Shown here one piece after another: positions 11,535-24,019 of a stretch of DNA of 38,381 nucleotides. Under the pieces are notes generated by a model. It was not told where the DNA came from. It ran no database searches and saw only the letters and a program-made list of their open reading frames with translations. The first letter of the stretch is position 1. Each line of letters starts with the position of its first letter. The position numbers and the translations under genes are program-made. Source of the stretch: Squatina squatina (lineage: Eukaryota); NCBI GenBank assembly GCA_031763465.1, contig JARFOE010000016.1:9991026-10029406 (forward strand), read 5' to 3'.

Positions 11535-12497
11535 NNNNNNNNNNNNNNNNNNNNNNNNNNNNNNNNNNNNNNNNNNNNNNNNNNNNNNNNNNNNNNNNNN
11601 NNNNNNNNNNNNNNNNNNNNNNNNNNNNNNNNNNNNNNNNNNNNNNNNNNNNNNNNNNNNNNNNNNNNNNNNNNNNNNNNNNNNNNNNNNNNNNNNNNNN
11701 NNNNNNNNNNNNNNNNNNNNNNNNNNNNNNNNNNNNNNNNNNNNNNNNNNNNNNNNNNNNNNNNNNNNNNNNNNNNNNNNNNNNNNNNNNNNNNNNNNNN
11801 NNNNNNNNNNNNNNNNNNNNNNNNNNNNNNNNNNNNNNNNNNNNNNNNNNNNNNNNNNNNNNNNNNNNNNNNNNNNNNNNNNNNNNNNNNNNNNNNNNNN
11901 NNNNNNNNNNNNNNNNNNNNNNNNNNNNNNNNNNNNNNNNNNNNNNNNNNNNNNNNNNNNNNNNNNNNNNNNNNNNNNNNNNNNNNNNNNNNNNNNNNNN
12001 NNNNNNNNNNNNNNNNNNNNNNNNNNNNNNNNNNNNNNNNNNNNNNNNNNNNNNNNNNNNNNNNNNNNNNNNNNNNNNNNNNNNNNNNNNNNNNNNNNNN
12101 NNNNNNNNNNNNNNNNNNNNNNNNNNNNNNNNNNNNNNNNNNNNNNNNNNNNNNNNNNNNNNNNNNNNNNNNNNNNNNNNNNNNNNNNNNNNNNNNNNNN
12201 NNNNNNNNNNNNNNNNNNNNNNNNNNNNNNNNNNNNNNNNNNNNNNNNNNNNNNNNNNNNNNNNNNNNNNNNNNNNNNNNNNNNNNNNNNNNNNNNNNNN
12301 NNNNNNNNNNNNNNNNNNNNNNNNNNNNNNNNNNNNNNNNNNNNNNNNNNNNNNNNNNNNNNNNNNNNNNNNNNNNNNNNNNNNNNNNNNNNNNNNNNNN
12401 NNNNNNNNNNNNNNNNNNNNNNNNNNNNNNNNNNNNNNNNNNNNNNNNNNNNNNNNNNNNNNNNNNNNNNNNNNNNNNNNNNNNNNNNNNNNNNNNC

Positions 12498-12645
12498 TAT
12501 CCTGGCTCTCCGCCTGGCTCCACGACGTCTTCTGCATCTGAGGTAGCGCATGTGATAGTCGATAAGTGCCCATTCACCACCAGTGCGGCACCCATGGCGA
12601 CTGGGTCCGATTACTGAGTGAATCCTGAGAGAGAATTTCAACCCC
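12498..12645. mobile_element. PIF/Harbinger-like element, right arm
   Basis: GC-rich block ending in gaatttcaacccc. Confidence 0.4.
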
Positions 12646-12809
12646 AAGACAGGCCAGCAGAGGCTCAGAGTGAGGCCAGGAAATAACTAGTCATGTGATG
12701 AGCGTGTCATGGGGCAGCTAGACAAAGATAAAATGAAGCCTACTCTCAGAGCTTTCACTTGTGCTATAATTGCTGAGCAGAGGCCCGTGTCACCGCTGAA
12801 AAATCCAGG

Positions 12810-13046
12810 CGTTGTCACCGCTGGGTTGACACTGACACTGTCGAATTTTGGGCGGGCGGCCATTTTGGGCACCGCGCGCACTGAAGATGTCATAGTGCCG
12901 CGCTAACGTTTATGCTAGTGCTTGGAGCCTTACAGGCCAACGGTAACAGGACCCGAATTTTGCGCCCGCGTTTGGACACCGAAAGTGCATGCACGTCCGT
13001 TCCGCGCTGATTTCACGCTAAAAGTATACCCGCAAATTGGGCGCCC
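12810..13046. mobile_element. PIF/Harbinger-like element, right arm
   Basis: CpG-rich block ending aattgggcgccc, complementary to the terminus at 5157. Confidence 0.55.
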
Positions 13047-13417
13047 TGGGTGCCTTTATATTACAGGCAGACACATGGTTCTCCCAATGTTGACTGCACT
13101 CATTAGTGGAAATGGCCTGGCATTCAGGGAACCAACAAGAACATAGGCCCCAGAAAATGTGCATGTATGAATCTGATATCTGCTTATGGTTTACTTGTTC
13201 CCTAAGATAAATGTATGGAGTTAGTCCCCTATGCTTGCTCTCAATAGCAGGTGAGCCCCTACATTATACAGAAAATGGAAACAGTATAAAGGGAGAGAAC
13301 AGCACAATTTTCTGGATGTGTAAAATCATCTCATCACTTTGTGCTGGATCAGAGCTTGCTCCAAGGGCCTTTTCACTTATGTTAGTCACAGAAGCACAAA
13401 AGTCAAGTTATTTTTAC

Positions 13418-13516
13418 CTTGAGCTCCTCCTTGCTTTGGAAATTATCCAGTAATTGTTGGTAGTGGTTATCTGCCATTTGGCGAAGCAGGGATAGTAGGC
13501 AGGTGACATACTCCCC
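13418..13516 (-). CDS. DOCK3: DOCK3 coding exon (about exon 27)
   Basis: GEYVTCLLSLLRQMADNHYQQLLDNFQSKEELK. Flanks ctctag| and |gtaaaa, 99 bp. Confidence 0.95.
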
Positions 13517-13947
13517 CTAGAGAACCAGAGCAAAGTACAACCATCAGCAACTCAGGCCATCCTGCAGCATATGGCACACCCAATCAAAGGGATTGAAATG
13601 GCTGTATCAGGACGATGATGCACACAAAAAGATATGGATTTGTTATATACCCACACATCAGAACTGTATAGCTGTAATGCCATACAATATAAGCTATTTA
13701 GTAGGTCAGAAGGGCCCCAGGTCAACTGGCATTTCAGGCTGTGGAGCGTTAGTGTTCCCTGCTCCATGACTCTCCAGTCCAAGTCCGCATGGTCTGGTGG
13801 GTGTGTAAGTACAAAGAAGCCCCTTCTTGTCTGAGGGAATGTCAAAGNNNNNNNNNNNNNNNNNNNNNNNNNNNNNNNNNNNNNNNNNNNNNNNNNNNNN
13901 NNNNNNNNNNNNNNNNNNNNNNNNNNNNNNNNNNNNNNNNNNNNNNN

Positions 13948-14128
13948 GCAATGACCTTCCCTGTGGCGGACAACAGTGAGACCCCTCTGCAGTTTCCGCA
14001 ATCAGACTTGTCTGCTTTCTTGAAGTTGGTCACGATTACGGCGTCTCTGAGATCCCCTGGCATGCTCTCCTCCTCCTCCTCCCAGATGAGGTCATGGATT
14101 CGTGCCACGAGTGCCTCTCCACCATATT
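13948..14128 (-). mobile_element. RTE-clade LINE RT fragment
   Basis: KYGGEALVARIHDLIWEEEEESMPGDLRDAVIVTNFKKADKSDCGNCRGVSLLSATGKVI, a typical RTE RT N-terminal region. Confidence 0.85.
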
Positions 14129-15194
14129 TTATAGAGAAGAACACATTCACCTGGCAACTGTGTGAATTTTGGCAGATACAGTGTCTATGAATTCTACACG
14201 AATTTGTCTGTCCCTTTTTAAAATAAAGTAAATACCCGAAATCTTGATAGGTTGGCAAGCATTGTAGAAAAGAGCCTCCATGCAAGCAGAGAAAAATCAG
14301 CCTACTGATGTTGCTGGCAATTCAGCACATTGGCCGATATAAAAAAAAGGTAAAGCTCCATCGTGAAAAATAATGCAACAGTGGGTGAGTGGTAATTAGG
14401 CATTGCCTGTGAAATCTGGGTTTGAATCCAATCCAAACTGATTGGATGAAATCTGTCTCTCTCATCAGAAGTTTTTGGCAAATGTTTTTAAGTTTGCGAC
14501 TGATTTTGGCAAATGAATCAGACAAGGGCCATAAGCCAAAGATTACAACAATATTCAACAGTGTGAATGTAGGGCTGCCATCCAGGCCAACATGCAGAAC
14601 ATCACAAAGCATGGAACAATTATTCCAAATGCATCCTCCTGTCTAACCAACCCACTAAACAAGAAACAGCCAAGATAGAAAGATAAGACAACACCGTGCT
14701 CCATCCTAGCATCTCCCATCATAGTGTCCAGGAGTGAAGCTTGGTTTTAAACAATGACACCGAAGGAAGTTTCATCCTCCCCCCTCCAGTATAACATGGC
14801 CACATCTCAACCCTAAAGCCCAAGGACCATCCAAAATGCTGAGATGAAGAGCACATCAACAAATAAATATTTATTTAAATCAAGGAACTAACTTCCCAAA
14901 AAATGTGAATACCAGAAGTTTGGTGCAGTAGGTGAGAATTAATGCATTGTAATCAGGCCCTTGTGTCTTGTAGCACTCCACCATATGGGCTCCACTCAGC
15001 AGATTAATACTTATGGACCCAGTGACAAGTCCCGTCAATGGAGATTAAAGTCTGCTGTGGCTGAACACTCACTTGTAAAGCTGTTCTCCCTTGAATCATG
15101 TTTAAAATTATGATTTTTCAGCTTATCAAGGTGAGAGATGTAAGAGCCATAGAAGGGAACCTGTAATTTCTGGCACCTAGTGTAACAACAAGCA

Positions 15195-15510
15195 CTCTGC
15201 TGATCAGGTACAGCATAGTTAGAAGCACAGTAAAGATACCCCTACTCTGCCCCAGTGTACCTCAGGCATAACCTCAGGGAGATACTCTCATACACTCGTG
15301 CCACATTTTCTTACATCAGCCATCCTGTGGACTGAGTGAAGTTGCCAGTTATGGGCAGTTTTAGCCATGTGTATGAGGAACTGCAATGAGACTGCCAGTC
15401 TCATTTCACATGGGATCCTTACAGCCAGCAGGAAACTTTCATCCCATCAGTCTGGGCTCGGTTGAAACTAAAGCTTGAGAGGTAAAAGGCCAGTGTCTTA
15501 AGTCACTGCA
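15195..15510 (-). mobile_element. LF-SINE-like tRNA-derived SINE
   Basis: Minus strand reads gccttttacctct...gaaagtt...ggctgt...ccatgtgaaatgag...cagttcct...gaggtacactgg...tgctgtacctg, colinear with the recalled LF-SINE consensus. Confidence 0.6.
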
Positions 15511-15619
15511 TTCTGCATTGATGTAGGTGTCTGTTACCATTGGTCTTGTTCCTGTATACTGCAGTGATACTGCACTGAGCTTGGCTATCTGAGGATGTGC
15601 TGCAAATTACTTGACTAAC

Positions 15620-15790
15620 CTGTGTGAAGATGAGGGTCTCAGAACTCCTGCTATCCAAACTCAGGACAAAGCGGATGGACTGAAAGAGCTCCTGAATACT
15701 GGCACGGAATTGCTCCTCTTCTATCCCACCTGTTGCTCTTGAATACAAGATTCGTGACTGCACAATAAACTTGAACAAATACTCCAAGGC
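15620..15790 (-). CDS. DOCK3: DOCK3 coding exon (about exon 23)
   Basis: ALEYLFKFIVQSRILYSRATGGIEEEQFRASIQELFQSIRFVLSLDSRSSETLIFTQ. Flanks ccccag| and |gttagt, 171 bp. Confidence 0.97.
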
Positions 15791-15973
15791 CTGGGGAGAA
15801 AGGAAACACAAGTTTGTAGGATAAATCCAAATAAGGAATATCATTGGCCCATCTTAGCTCATCCATCCAGATAGGCCCAACACTCTTCCCACTGCAGTTA
15901 ATGTGTTGAATCTGGCCTTATGGATGTGTACATTGAAAGACAGACTCCACAACTGTTCAAAAGACTTATGTCA

Positions 15974-16250
15974 CACAGTAGCCTAGTGGTTATGGTACAG
16001 ATCAGCAACCCAGATGTTGTGAGTTCAAATCCCACCATGGCAAGTTGTAAAATTGAATTGTCAGAAAATGAGCTTGAAAGTTGCCTGATTGTCATTAGAA
16101 AAAACAACTGGTTCACCATTGTCCTTTGGGGAAGGGTAGGAAACCTGCCACCCTACCCAGTCTGGCTTATATGTGACAGTTCATGCCTTCAGGGAAACCA
16201 GGAATGACTTTCCCATGTCCCCTACATCCAATGAACAATGAAAATAAATC
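15974..16250 (+). mobile_element. tRNA-derived SINE with Pol III A and B boxes
   Basis: A box tagcctagtgg, B box agttcaaatccc, A-rich tail atgaaaataaa. Confidence 0.7.
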
Positions 16251-16510
16251 TTACTGTTCCTATTCTTCCACCAATTTTCCTCCCTCCTCCTCTGAAGGCA
16301 ATGACTGACATGAAGGAACAGCCAGTTTTGAGTATTTCACTCAAATGTCCTTTCTTCAAGTGTGAGCCTAGGCAATGTTATTCAACTGTGAGAGGCAGCA
16401 CTGCCAAACATGATCTCATCCAACATCCACACTTTTCCAGCAGGGGTCATTAGATGGAATCAACAGTGGGAATCCTGACTGAATGTCTAACTCCTGAATC
16501 TGAAGACATT

Positions 16511-16796
16511 GGCCCTGAATTTGCGATCGGAGGCTTCCTGTGTGCGGCAGCCTCCAATCGCAAAAATGTCTATGAACTTACCTGACAGTCCTGGATCCAC
16601 GTGAGTTTGCGATTTTATGCCCCCCACAGTTGGAGTTTCGGATCGGGGCTCTTCTCTTTCCCGGGTAAGTCGAATGAAGGCTGTGGAGAGGTCACATGGG
16701 AGGCCCCAACCAATCAGGGAGGAGTATCTCTCATTCAAGCTTTGACAGTTCTGACAGATCTGTCAAAGCTTGAATGAGAGATGAAAAACTACACAA
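16511..16796. mobile_element. PIF/Harbinger-like element, left arm
   Basis: Begins ggccctgaattt, with subterminal hairpin ttgcgatcggaggct...agcctccaatcgcaa. Ends at a gap. Confidence 0.5.
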
Positions 16797-16896
16797 NNNN
16801 NNNNNNNNNNNNNNNNNNNNNNNNNNNNNNNNNNNNNNNNNNNNNNNNNNNNNNNNNNNNNNNNNNNNNNNNNNNNNNNNNNNNNNNNNNNNNNNN

Positions 16897-17100
16897 GTAA
16901 ATCCATGCTGACTTTGTCCGATCCTGTCACTGTTTTCCAAGTGCTCTGCTATTACATCTTTTATAATGGACTCTAGCATTTTCCCCACTACCGATGTCAG
17001 GCTAACCGGTCCATAATTCCCTGTTTTCTCTCTCCCTCCTTTTTTAAATAGTGGGGTTACATTAGCTACTTTCCAATCCGTAGGATCTGATCCAGAGTCT
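16897..17100 (-). mobile_element. CR1 LINE ORF2 RT fragment
   Basis: PTDWKVANVTPLFKKGGREKTGNYGPVSLTSVVGKMLESIIKDVIAEHLENSDRIGQSQHGF. Confidence 0.92.
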
Positions 17101-18144
17101 AAAGATAGTATTCTTCGAGGGTGAGCAAGCCAGTGATTGTCAAAAAGCTATTAACTGTTGGTTATCACAGCAGAGGACAATCTTGTTCTCACTTTATATC
17201 CACGTGCAAGCACTTTTCAACAAAGTTCACTGGATGGTGAATGCAAGCAATTTGAAGCCAGTTTCCCAGAGGATTTATTCACACACTTCATGAGGCTGGC
17301 TGGCGCTCACCAGAGAAATAAAAGCCACATCCCATTTGAGGGAGGTAGATTCAAACTAGAGGCAGCATGGAGGAAAAATGTCACCTGGCAGAGGCAAGCA
17401 GATCTGAGTGACACATGACCCCAGGGCTTACAAAACCTACCCAACCAAGGCAAGTGGAGCTCAGCGATGAGGAACCCCATTAACTGAGAAGCCACGGTTG
17501 TTGCTGCTGGCTCATTGGGCTATAATCTAGCTAGTGTAAAAAATAAATACCAACATCGAGCTTGCTGTTTGACCATAAATCTGTATGTCTCTGTATACTC
17601 CATGCACATGTCGTACTTGGAGGTGGGGGGTGGGGGGTGCGGAGGGGTGTGGCAGGGATGAGGAAAGAGAGCGAGAGAGAGAGTGATATGGAAGATAGAA
17701 ACTGCAAATGTCTTTATATCATCTGTATTCATCCAAAAGTACATAACAAGAAAGGGAGAACTATAATTCTGGAAAATTCCATTGTCTTTAAAAATCCCAT
17801 GCTTTTAGAGAAATGGAACCTTAACACATAGCAACACTGCCAGCCATTATTTCAATCTGCTCTCAATAATCCTGAGGGTACCTTCATATTTAAAATATAT
17901 ATTATATATACTTTTACACAGAGTTAGGGAAGCAAGTTCTTCAGCTCACATGATCTAGCCTCCTCCAGCTTGTCTCTTGGTCAAGTACAGCGACTGCTAA
18001 GGGAGTGAGTTCATCACATATGTCATTCAGGCTAGGAAATGGACATGGGAGGGTACATTACGGTAGGTGTAAATATACAGCCACACCACATTGATGATTT
18101 TTAAAAAATAATAATTTTGAAGCTATCCCTTATTCACTGTTCAT

Positions 18145-18472
18145 TATGGTACTGAGCCATACAAACCAGCAAGGTCTCAGGTCCAATCCTCACGCAATGC
18201 TGAGTCAGCTGTTGTCAGCCTGGGCAGAGACGGGTGTTGCAACTGGTCTCAGCATGCCTGGGTTAGGAAGGGGAAAGTTAGTAAGGATTCTTCCTCTGAT
18301 TCTTATCCAACAAGCCTGCTGANNNNNNNNNNTCGAATAATCTGCCAGCATTTATTGCCCAGGTTCACACGTGAATAATGACCACTTGGGCATTAAGTTA
18401 CCGGAGGGTGCCTGGAATCCCAGCAAGGGTCAGAACCTTCAGAAAGGAGGGGAGAAAATTCAGGGGAATAAA
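18145..18472 (+). mobile_element. tRNA-derived SINE (same family as 2560, 6510, 16255, 17140, 19060, 26045)
   Basis: tgctgagtcagctgttgtcagc core and gaataatgaccacttggg, blocks shared with the other copies. Confidence 0.65.
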
Positions 18473-18711
18473 ACAAAATGAAAATCAATTTTTTTTTGTA
18501 ATTTGGCAAATGCTGTGCTTGAGCTGCCAGTTCTATAAAATGGAGCTGAAACAACTGACAGCCGAGTTTTTTTTATCAACCACCACAACATGTCACAAAT
18601 CCCAACAGCATTATTTGCCAACTACCAGTGCATCCTGAGAGCACTGGACCCCATAAACCTTTGCCTTAGTCTATGCCAGAGTATATAACTTATCAGGTTA
18701 GTGATACTTAC

Positions 18712-18795
18712 CAAGGATTGAAATACCAGTAGCCCATATTTCTCTGTGTTGTCATCTAAAATTGTGAACAGCGTGTCTAAAATATCCTGTAAAAA
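18712..18795 (-). CDS. DOCK3: DOCK3 coding exon (about exon 20)
   Basis: FLQDILDTLFTILDDNTEKYGLLVFQSL. Flanks ttccag| and |gtaagt, 84 bp. Confidence 0.96.
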
Positions 18796-19621
18796 CTGGA
18801 AAGAGAAGAGATATTTAACTAGGGGAGCTGCTTCAGTACCAGTGAGACCCGTTCGCTAAGCCTTTACACTGAAATCAAACTATTTCAGAAAGGGTGAATC
18901 CTTTTAAAATGTGATTTCAAGTCAGTTTTCCAACAATAAGCAGCCAGTGGCTTGGATCTTCTCTACAATGGTTCACTGGGTCAATACAACAAGCGGTAAG
19001 GAGTTATGGAGCTAAAGGCGGAGCAGGTTTGACCTGTGAACGATGATGTTAGCTGCTCTCTGCTGGGGAACACTGTTGTCCTTTGCATCCCTTGCTACAT
19101 GGGATACTATACTAGCACTAGTACTGATCGCTATCCAGTGACCCCATTGTACATGAGGAAGTCAGATAAGGATAAGATTGGGATTCCCATGCCTACTGCA
19201 GTTAATAGCGATTTGGGTGAGAGTGGAGGGATACCAGTACCCGTGGAACCATATCCCAGCTCATAGTCACTGCCTTCAGAAGCATTGTCCGAATGAATAT
19301 CGAATAAGGATAAAAAGTAATTCATTTAGATTACACCTGCATCTGGTCAAAATTTATAAATCTTTCCTGAGACTGTTTAAATCTCTTGAATTATTGGCTC
19401 GACCCAGCCGGTCTTTTTTTTTGGGTCTCCCTGGTCCCTGTACCATCTCCCTCTCTCCTGAGACAGCTGGCAGGCAAACTACTCTTAGTCTTCTGAGCAC
19501 TCTGGATTCCATGTGGATAAACTTAGTCTCTGCTTATCACCATCCTCCCCAATTAATCACCACAAATCCTGCTTTCTCCTCCTCTGCTCAGCATTGCTGT
19601 GTTGAAATCAAGGCTCGCTGT

Positions 19622-19994
19622 TAGGATTGTCAACCCGTTAAGATTGCCCTGGAGTTGCCAGAAATTAAAGGTTATTCTCCAGGACACTGCTGTGAGTAAC
19701 CTGAGAGAAAAATCATACTGGCATTAAAAATTGTGTTTGTTTTAATATTTTTGAACATTTTTATTAGTTATAAAAATCAGACATGGGAAAAAAGGCTGCT
19801 TGTCTTATAGTCAAGAATCATCCAATAGGGTACTGAGGAGTTTATTTGCTTTCTGATTGGCATGGGAAGGTAGGCACCGAGAGGATGGGCCTGTTGGGCA
19901 ACTAATGGGAGGAGTGTGGGGGTGGAGCAATTGAAAGCAGGAAGTCATGTGATGGCACCTCCAGGAAAATGTCCAACCAGAGTTGGCAACCCTA
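19622..19994. mobile_element. hAT (Blackjack-like TIR) non-autonomous element
   Basis: TIRs taggattgtcaac and gttggcaacccta, with subterminal cctggag and ctccagg motifs. No clear TSD. Confidence 0.6.
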
Positions 19995-20394
19995 CCCTTC
20001 CGGTTGTTTCAGGTGGACATTAAAGAATCCACGGCACTTTACGAATAAAGCAAAATGTTCCCCCAGTATAATGGCCAACATTCCTCCATCGACTAATGCC
20101 ACCAAGAACAAGTCAATTGTACATCCCTCTCACTGCCACTTCGCTTGTAAATCGCTTTGGGACTCCTGAGGCCATGAAAGGTGCTGTGTAAATTGAAGCT
20201 CTTCCTTCTTTCTTTCATTGAAATGGCACCACCTTGTGGTAAGGCACTAGATGCAAATTACTCCACAAATAATTTTGCAAAAGAATGATTTTGGACACTG
20301 GGGTCGATTTTAACTTTCGGGTGTCTGCAGCCTGCCCATTCCGGCAGCAAAGAGATCGGGGGGAGCATTTTGAGGCTCGAGCCTCATTTAAATA

Positions 20395-20745
20395 GAACAG
20401 AAGCAAAATACTGCGGATGATGGAAATCTGAAATAAAAGCAGAAAATGCCGGGATCACTCAGCAGGTGAGGCAGCATCCGTGGAGAGTGAAACTGAGTTA
20501 ATGGGGGCAATTTTAACCTAACCATCGGGTCACTGACAGGATCGGGGGCAATGCTGGTTTTACTCCCTGCCTGATTTTACTCTCCTTTGTAATCAGTGGT
20601 CAGTAATATTGGGCGGGGGGTAAAACCAGCGTTCCACCGATCCCATGGATTTCCACCCCGTGGGTATAATTATCCCCAACGTTTAAGGTTGATGACCTTT
20701 CATCAGAACTGGAAAGTGTTGGAGATAAACAGCATTTAAGCAAGG
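20395..20745 (-). mobile_element. Penelope-like terminal repeat with hammerhead motif, interrupted by a MITE
   Basis: aagcaaaatactgcggatg...gagtt[insert]aacgtttaaggttgatgacctttcatcagaact is the reverse complement of the 33940-34084 repeat. Confidence 0.8.
20503..20677. mobile_element. 175-bp palindromic MITE (PIF/Harbinger-like)
   Basis: TIRs ggggcaattttaacc and gggtataattatcccc. Internal inverted repeat gctggttttac / gtaaaaccagc. 3-bp TSD aat / aac. Confidence 0.8.
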
Positions 20746-21763
20746 TCTGCAAGCATTGACGTCACGGAGCTGAATATTGGACAAAGACAGCTAAGACAAT
20801 TTTCTACCCCCAAAAGCTTAATACCACACCAGACAATGCCTTTACACAGCAAGCTGTTGGAAAGTAGGATATGCTATAGAATTATCTAACTAGAACTGCC
20901 CTGGCAAGGAACACTGCCAGTTAAGAGTCACAGAGCTATCTATTCACCTGAACTCCCCAAAAATAAAATGGTGAATTAAGTGAAGAGCTCACCAAAGCCT
21001 TTAACCTGTAGTAAAAACAGAAAATGCTGGAAACACTTGTAGGTCGCACACTCTGCCCGCTCCTTGCCTGGAGTCCTACTGTGCACCTATTTGCAGCCTG
21101 GTCACCCCTGCTTTGGCTATGTGCAGTGAACCGTCGACTGCCGGATTCAATACAAAGGACTTAAAAGGAATGGGTGATTGTGGAGGATGGTTAATGAACG
21201 TACACACACACAAAACAGTGTTTCTTTTAAAGATGAGATGGTTTTATTACACAGGNNNNNNNNNNNNNNNNNNNNNNNNNNNNNNNNNNNNNNNNNNNNN
21301 NNNNNNNNNNNNNNNNNNNNNNNNNNNNNNNNNNNNNNNNNNNNNNNNNNNNNNNATGGCATTCCTTGACAAGGTAAGGAAGCTCCTGTGCTGCTCTGCC
21401 CAGCACCACACTCCCTTCCCTCCCCTAGTGCACTGTTAATGAACACCTCAAGCCTGAAACATCCAACATAACATCAATATGCACAGGCAGACTCACTGGC
21501 CCTGACGTTACACCAGGTGATACTTGTGTATGATCGTTTAATATGTTGGTTTGGAATTGCTCTCTCAGCCGAGGTATAAACCCATTAAGGTCGCCACTAA
21601 GATAGCAGAGAGAAATCTGAGATGGACATTATAACTAGTGTCCAATGGGCGCCAGTATTGGCATGTGTACCTGTAAGTGCTGTGTAAGTAAGAGATAGCA
21701 GCGGTGCCAGCATGGAAACCAATGTAACACTCTGGAAGATAGCACAAAATATTTCAACATTAC

Positions 21764-21935
21764 CATTCTGGGTCAGTTTAGTAGATGAGAGTAGGGTTGA
21801 GATCCAAAAGAACTCCTTGGTACTTCGCTGGAATATGAGACTGGATGGGATGTTGGGGCAGCCATTGAAGTCCTCTTTACAGCAGGGGAGACCTAGGTAC
21901 AGCCCATGGTTACTGAAAGTGCTATTTTCATCACA
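21764..21935 (-). CDS. DOCK3: DOCK3 coding exon (about exon 18), end of DHR-1
   Basis: CDENSTFSNHGLYLGLPCCKEDFNGCPNIPSSLIFQRSTKEFFWISTLLSSTKLTQN, with the DOCK3-characteristic PCCKED.NGCPNIPSSLIFQ. Flanks tacag| and |gtaatg, 172 bp. Confidence 0.97.
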
Positions 21936-22214
21936 CTGTAAAATAAAATTCTCAGGTTAATTTAATTCTCTCTACGATTTACCTCCATCATACCTCTTTG
22001 CCTCTGTCGCTCCCTCCTTTGGCTGAGAGAACACAAGGTGACTACTTCCAGTATGTACCCCTCAGTTGATGGAATGGCAGATATTGACTAACTAATTGAT
22101 CTCCTTTGGCATTGCTCTAGGGTCTAGAGCACAGTTGTGATGTTAAGCTGCTGAACTGGAGTGCCACCTTGCTTATCCTTTTAAAGTCACGGCTCAACAA
22201 AATGCAGTCAAAAA

Positions 22215-22336
22215 GGCTGATTGAATGTCGGCCTTTATCTTGAGGGCTGGAGTATAACGTGTACGAAATTATGCTTCAGTTGTACAGAGCTCTGGTTAGA
22301 CCCCATTTGGAATACTGCAGTCAGTATGGGCACCAC
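22215..22336 (+). mobile_element. CR1 LINE ORF2 C-terminal fragment
   Basis: EIMLQLYRALVRPHLEYC motif. Confidence 0.85.
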
Positions 22337-22436
22337 NNNNNNNNNNNNNNNNNNNNNNNNNNNNNNNNNNNNNNNNNNNNNNNNNNNNNNNNNNNNNNNN
22401 NNNNNNNNNNNNNNNNNNNNNNNNNNNNNNNNNNNN

Positions 22437-22670
22437 GGGGAGTTCTCCCCGGTGTCCTAGCTAATATTTATCTCTTAACCAACACCTATACACAGATTAT
22501 CTGGTCATTATCTCATTGCTATTTGTGGGAGCTTGCTGTGAGCAAATTGGTTGCCGGGTTCCCTACATTACAACAGGGACTACACTTCAAAACTACTTTA
22601 TTGGCTGTAAAGTTCTTTGGGACATCCCGAGGTCATGAAAGGTACTATAGAAATGCAAGTCTTTTTTTTC
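22437..22670 (+). mobile_element. Deu-domain SINE (SacSINE1-like)
   Basis: gagttctccccggtgtcctagctaatatttatctc...tgggagcttgctgtg...gggacatcccgaggtcatgaaaggtactatagaaatgcaagtc. Confidence 0.8.
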
Positions 22671-23550
22671 TACAAACTGAACCATCGGAGAGCTATGGAC
22701 AGTGTTCTAGGGTTAGTACAGAAAGGAAATGACTGCAGCGGCAACAGCACAAACAAGATTTTCTCACTAATGCACATCTTGAATAAATACAGAATAACGG
22801 AAAGTTGGGGTCAGTTATAGATGACTTTGGTCCTGTGTGAATTTTAGGCTTGTGTGCTCTGAGCTGAGAAAGAGATCCATTAAAGAAACAAAATCTTTGA
22901 TTATTCAACATATGCAGTTTGATAACAATGAAGATCCCACGCCTCTGATACTATCATTCACCTTTGTCTTGGTCCCTCAATCCCTCACAACCTCCTGGAC
23001 AGGATATGGATGAAACCATCTCACCTCAATACACAACTTCACAAGAGAAAAGCATGGAATTAACATTTGTGCGACTGTTCTTTGCTCCATGACAAAATAA
23101 ATATGCAGAAATAGAAAGGACATACTGAAATAATCTGTTTCAATTAATTTTGTCTCTTTCACTCACAACGGGTCTTCCCAGGTCACATATCATCCAAAGC
23201 CACTCGGGTAAGCAGATAGTTCTCTTGTAGGGCTCCGTCTAAAACCACTTTGAGATCAGTCAGTAGGAAATGAGAGAGAGGGGCCTGGGATTTTTCCTGG
23301 AAAGGTGCTTGATGTCTGGCTGGCCCTTTCCCCAAGCAACAAAGCTCAGGTTGTATTGTAGATGACTTAGTGTATGAACCTTTGAGCTACCACTGCATGG
23401 CATAGCATTTTAGGGCTTTTAGACATTTTGAAGCTGTCAGTTGGATACATAATGGTTCTATACAAAAGCCTGTTAGTGTAGAACTTTTGGCAGACACACT
23501 GAATGTGACCCTTTCAACAGTTTTCTCTGCTTGAAGCCAAGAGTACTTAC

Positions 23551-23713
23551 TGGAGCAGTGCCTGAACTCAAATCGAAGGTGTGAGCCCCTGAACTTGTCA
23601 ACAGGGATGGGCAGTTTGACGATCTCACCCCAGCGTGGACTGTTGTTGTGGTACATCACGAAGGAGCAATGTTCACTTATAGAGGGCTCTCCGGAGCCAA
23701 GACCAATACAGTC
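23551..23713 (-). CDS. DOCK3: DOCK3 coding exon (about exon 16), DHR-1 (C2)
   Basis: DCIGLGSGEPSISEHCSFVMYHNNSPRWGEIVKLPIPVDKFRGSHLRFEFRHCS. Flanks gacag| and |gtaagt, 163 bp. Confidence 0.97.
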
Positions 23714-24019
23714 CTGTCAATCAGAAAGGGGCATGCTGAACATTCTACAGTGACTTGAACAATACTTGCCAATTTATCTTCTATAACATCATCACAATGA
23801 AGGAAGAGCAAACCTAAAGTGAGCCTGTAGGGCATAGTCCAATCCTCACAGGTACAGCAATATTGACAGCCCCTCAAATCTTCTATGGTCTGGTTTAGAA
23901 TGTGTATTTTAATCTGTGGACCACTTACACTTGAAAATATTCCTTTGACTTTTATTGATCTTTTCTTTTGCCAGAGTGTCAGTCTGACAACCCTCTATTC
24001 CAATCTACTAAAACTGCCT

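Noticed and set aside
11425-12647. Long ORFs of 345-382 aa
   Set aside because: They are almost entirely X residues from the 963-N gap.
15974-16045. tRNA gene
   Set aside because: It has A and B boxes but no complete cloverleaf, and it continues into a SINE body and tail.
22955-22975. QDKGE resembling the start of DOCK3 exon 17 (KDKGEKK)
   Set aside because: Immediately followed by a stop codon, with no acceptor site.
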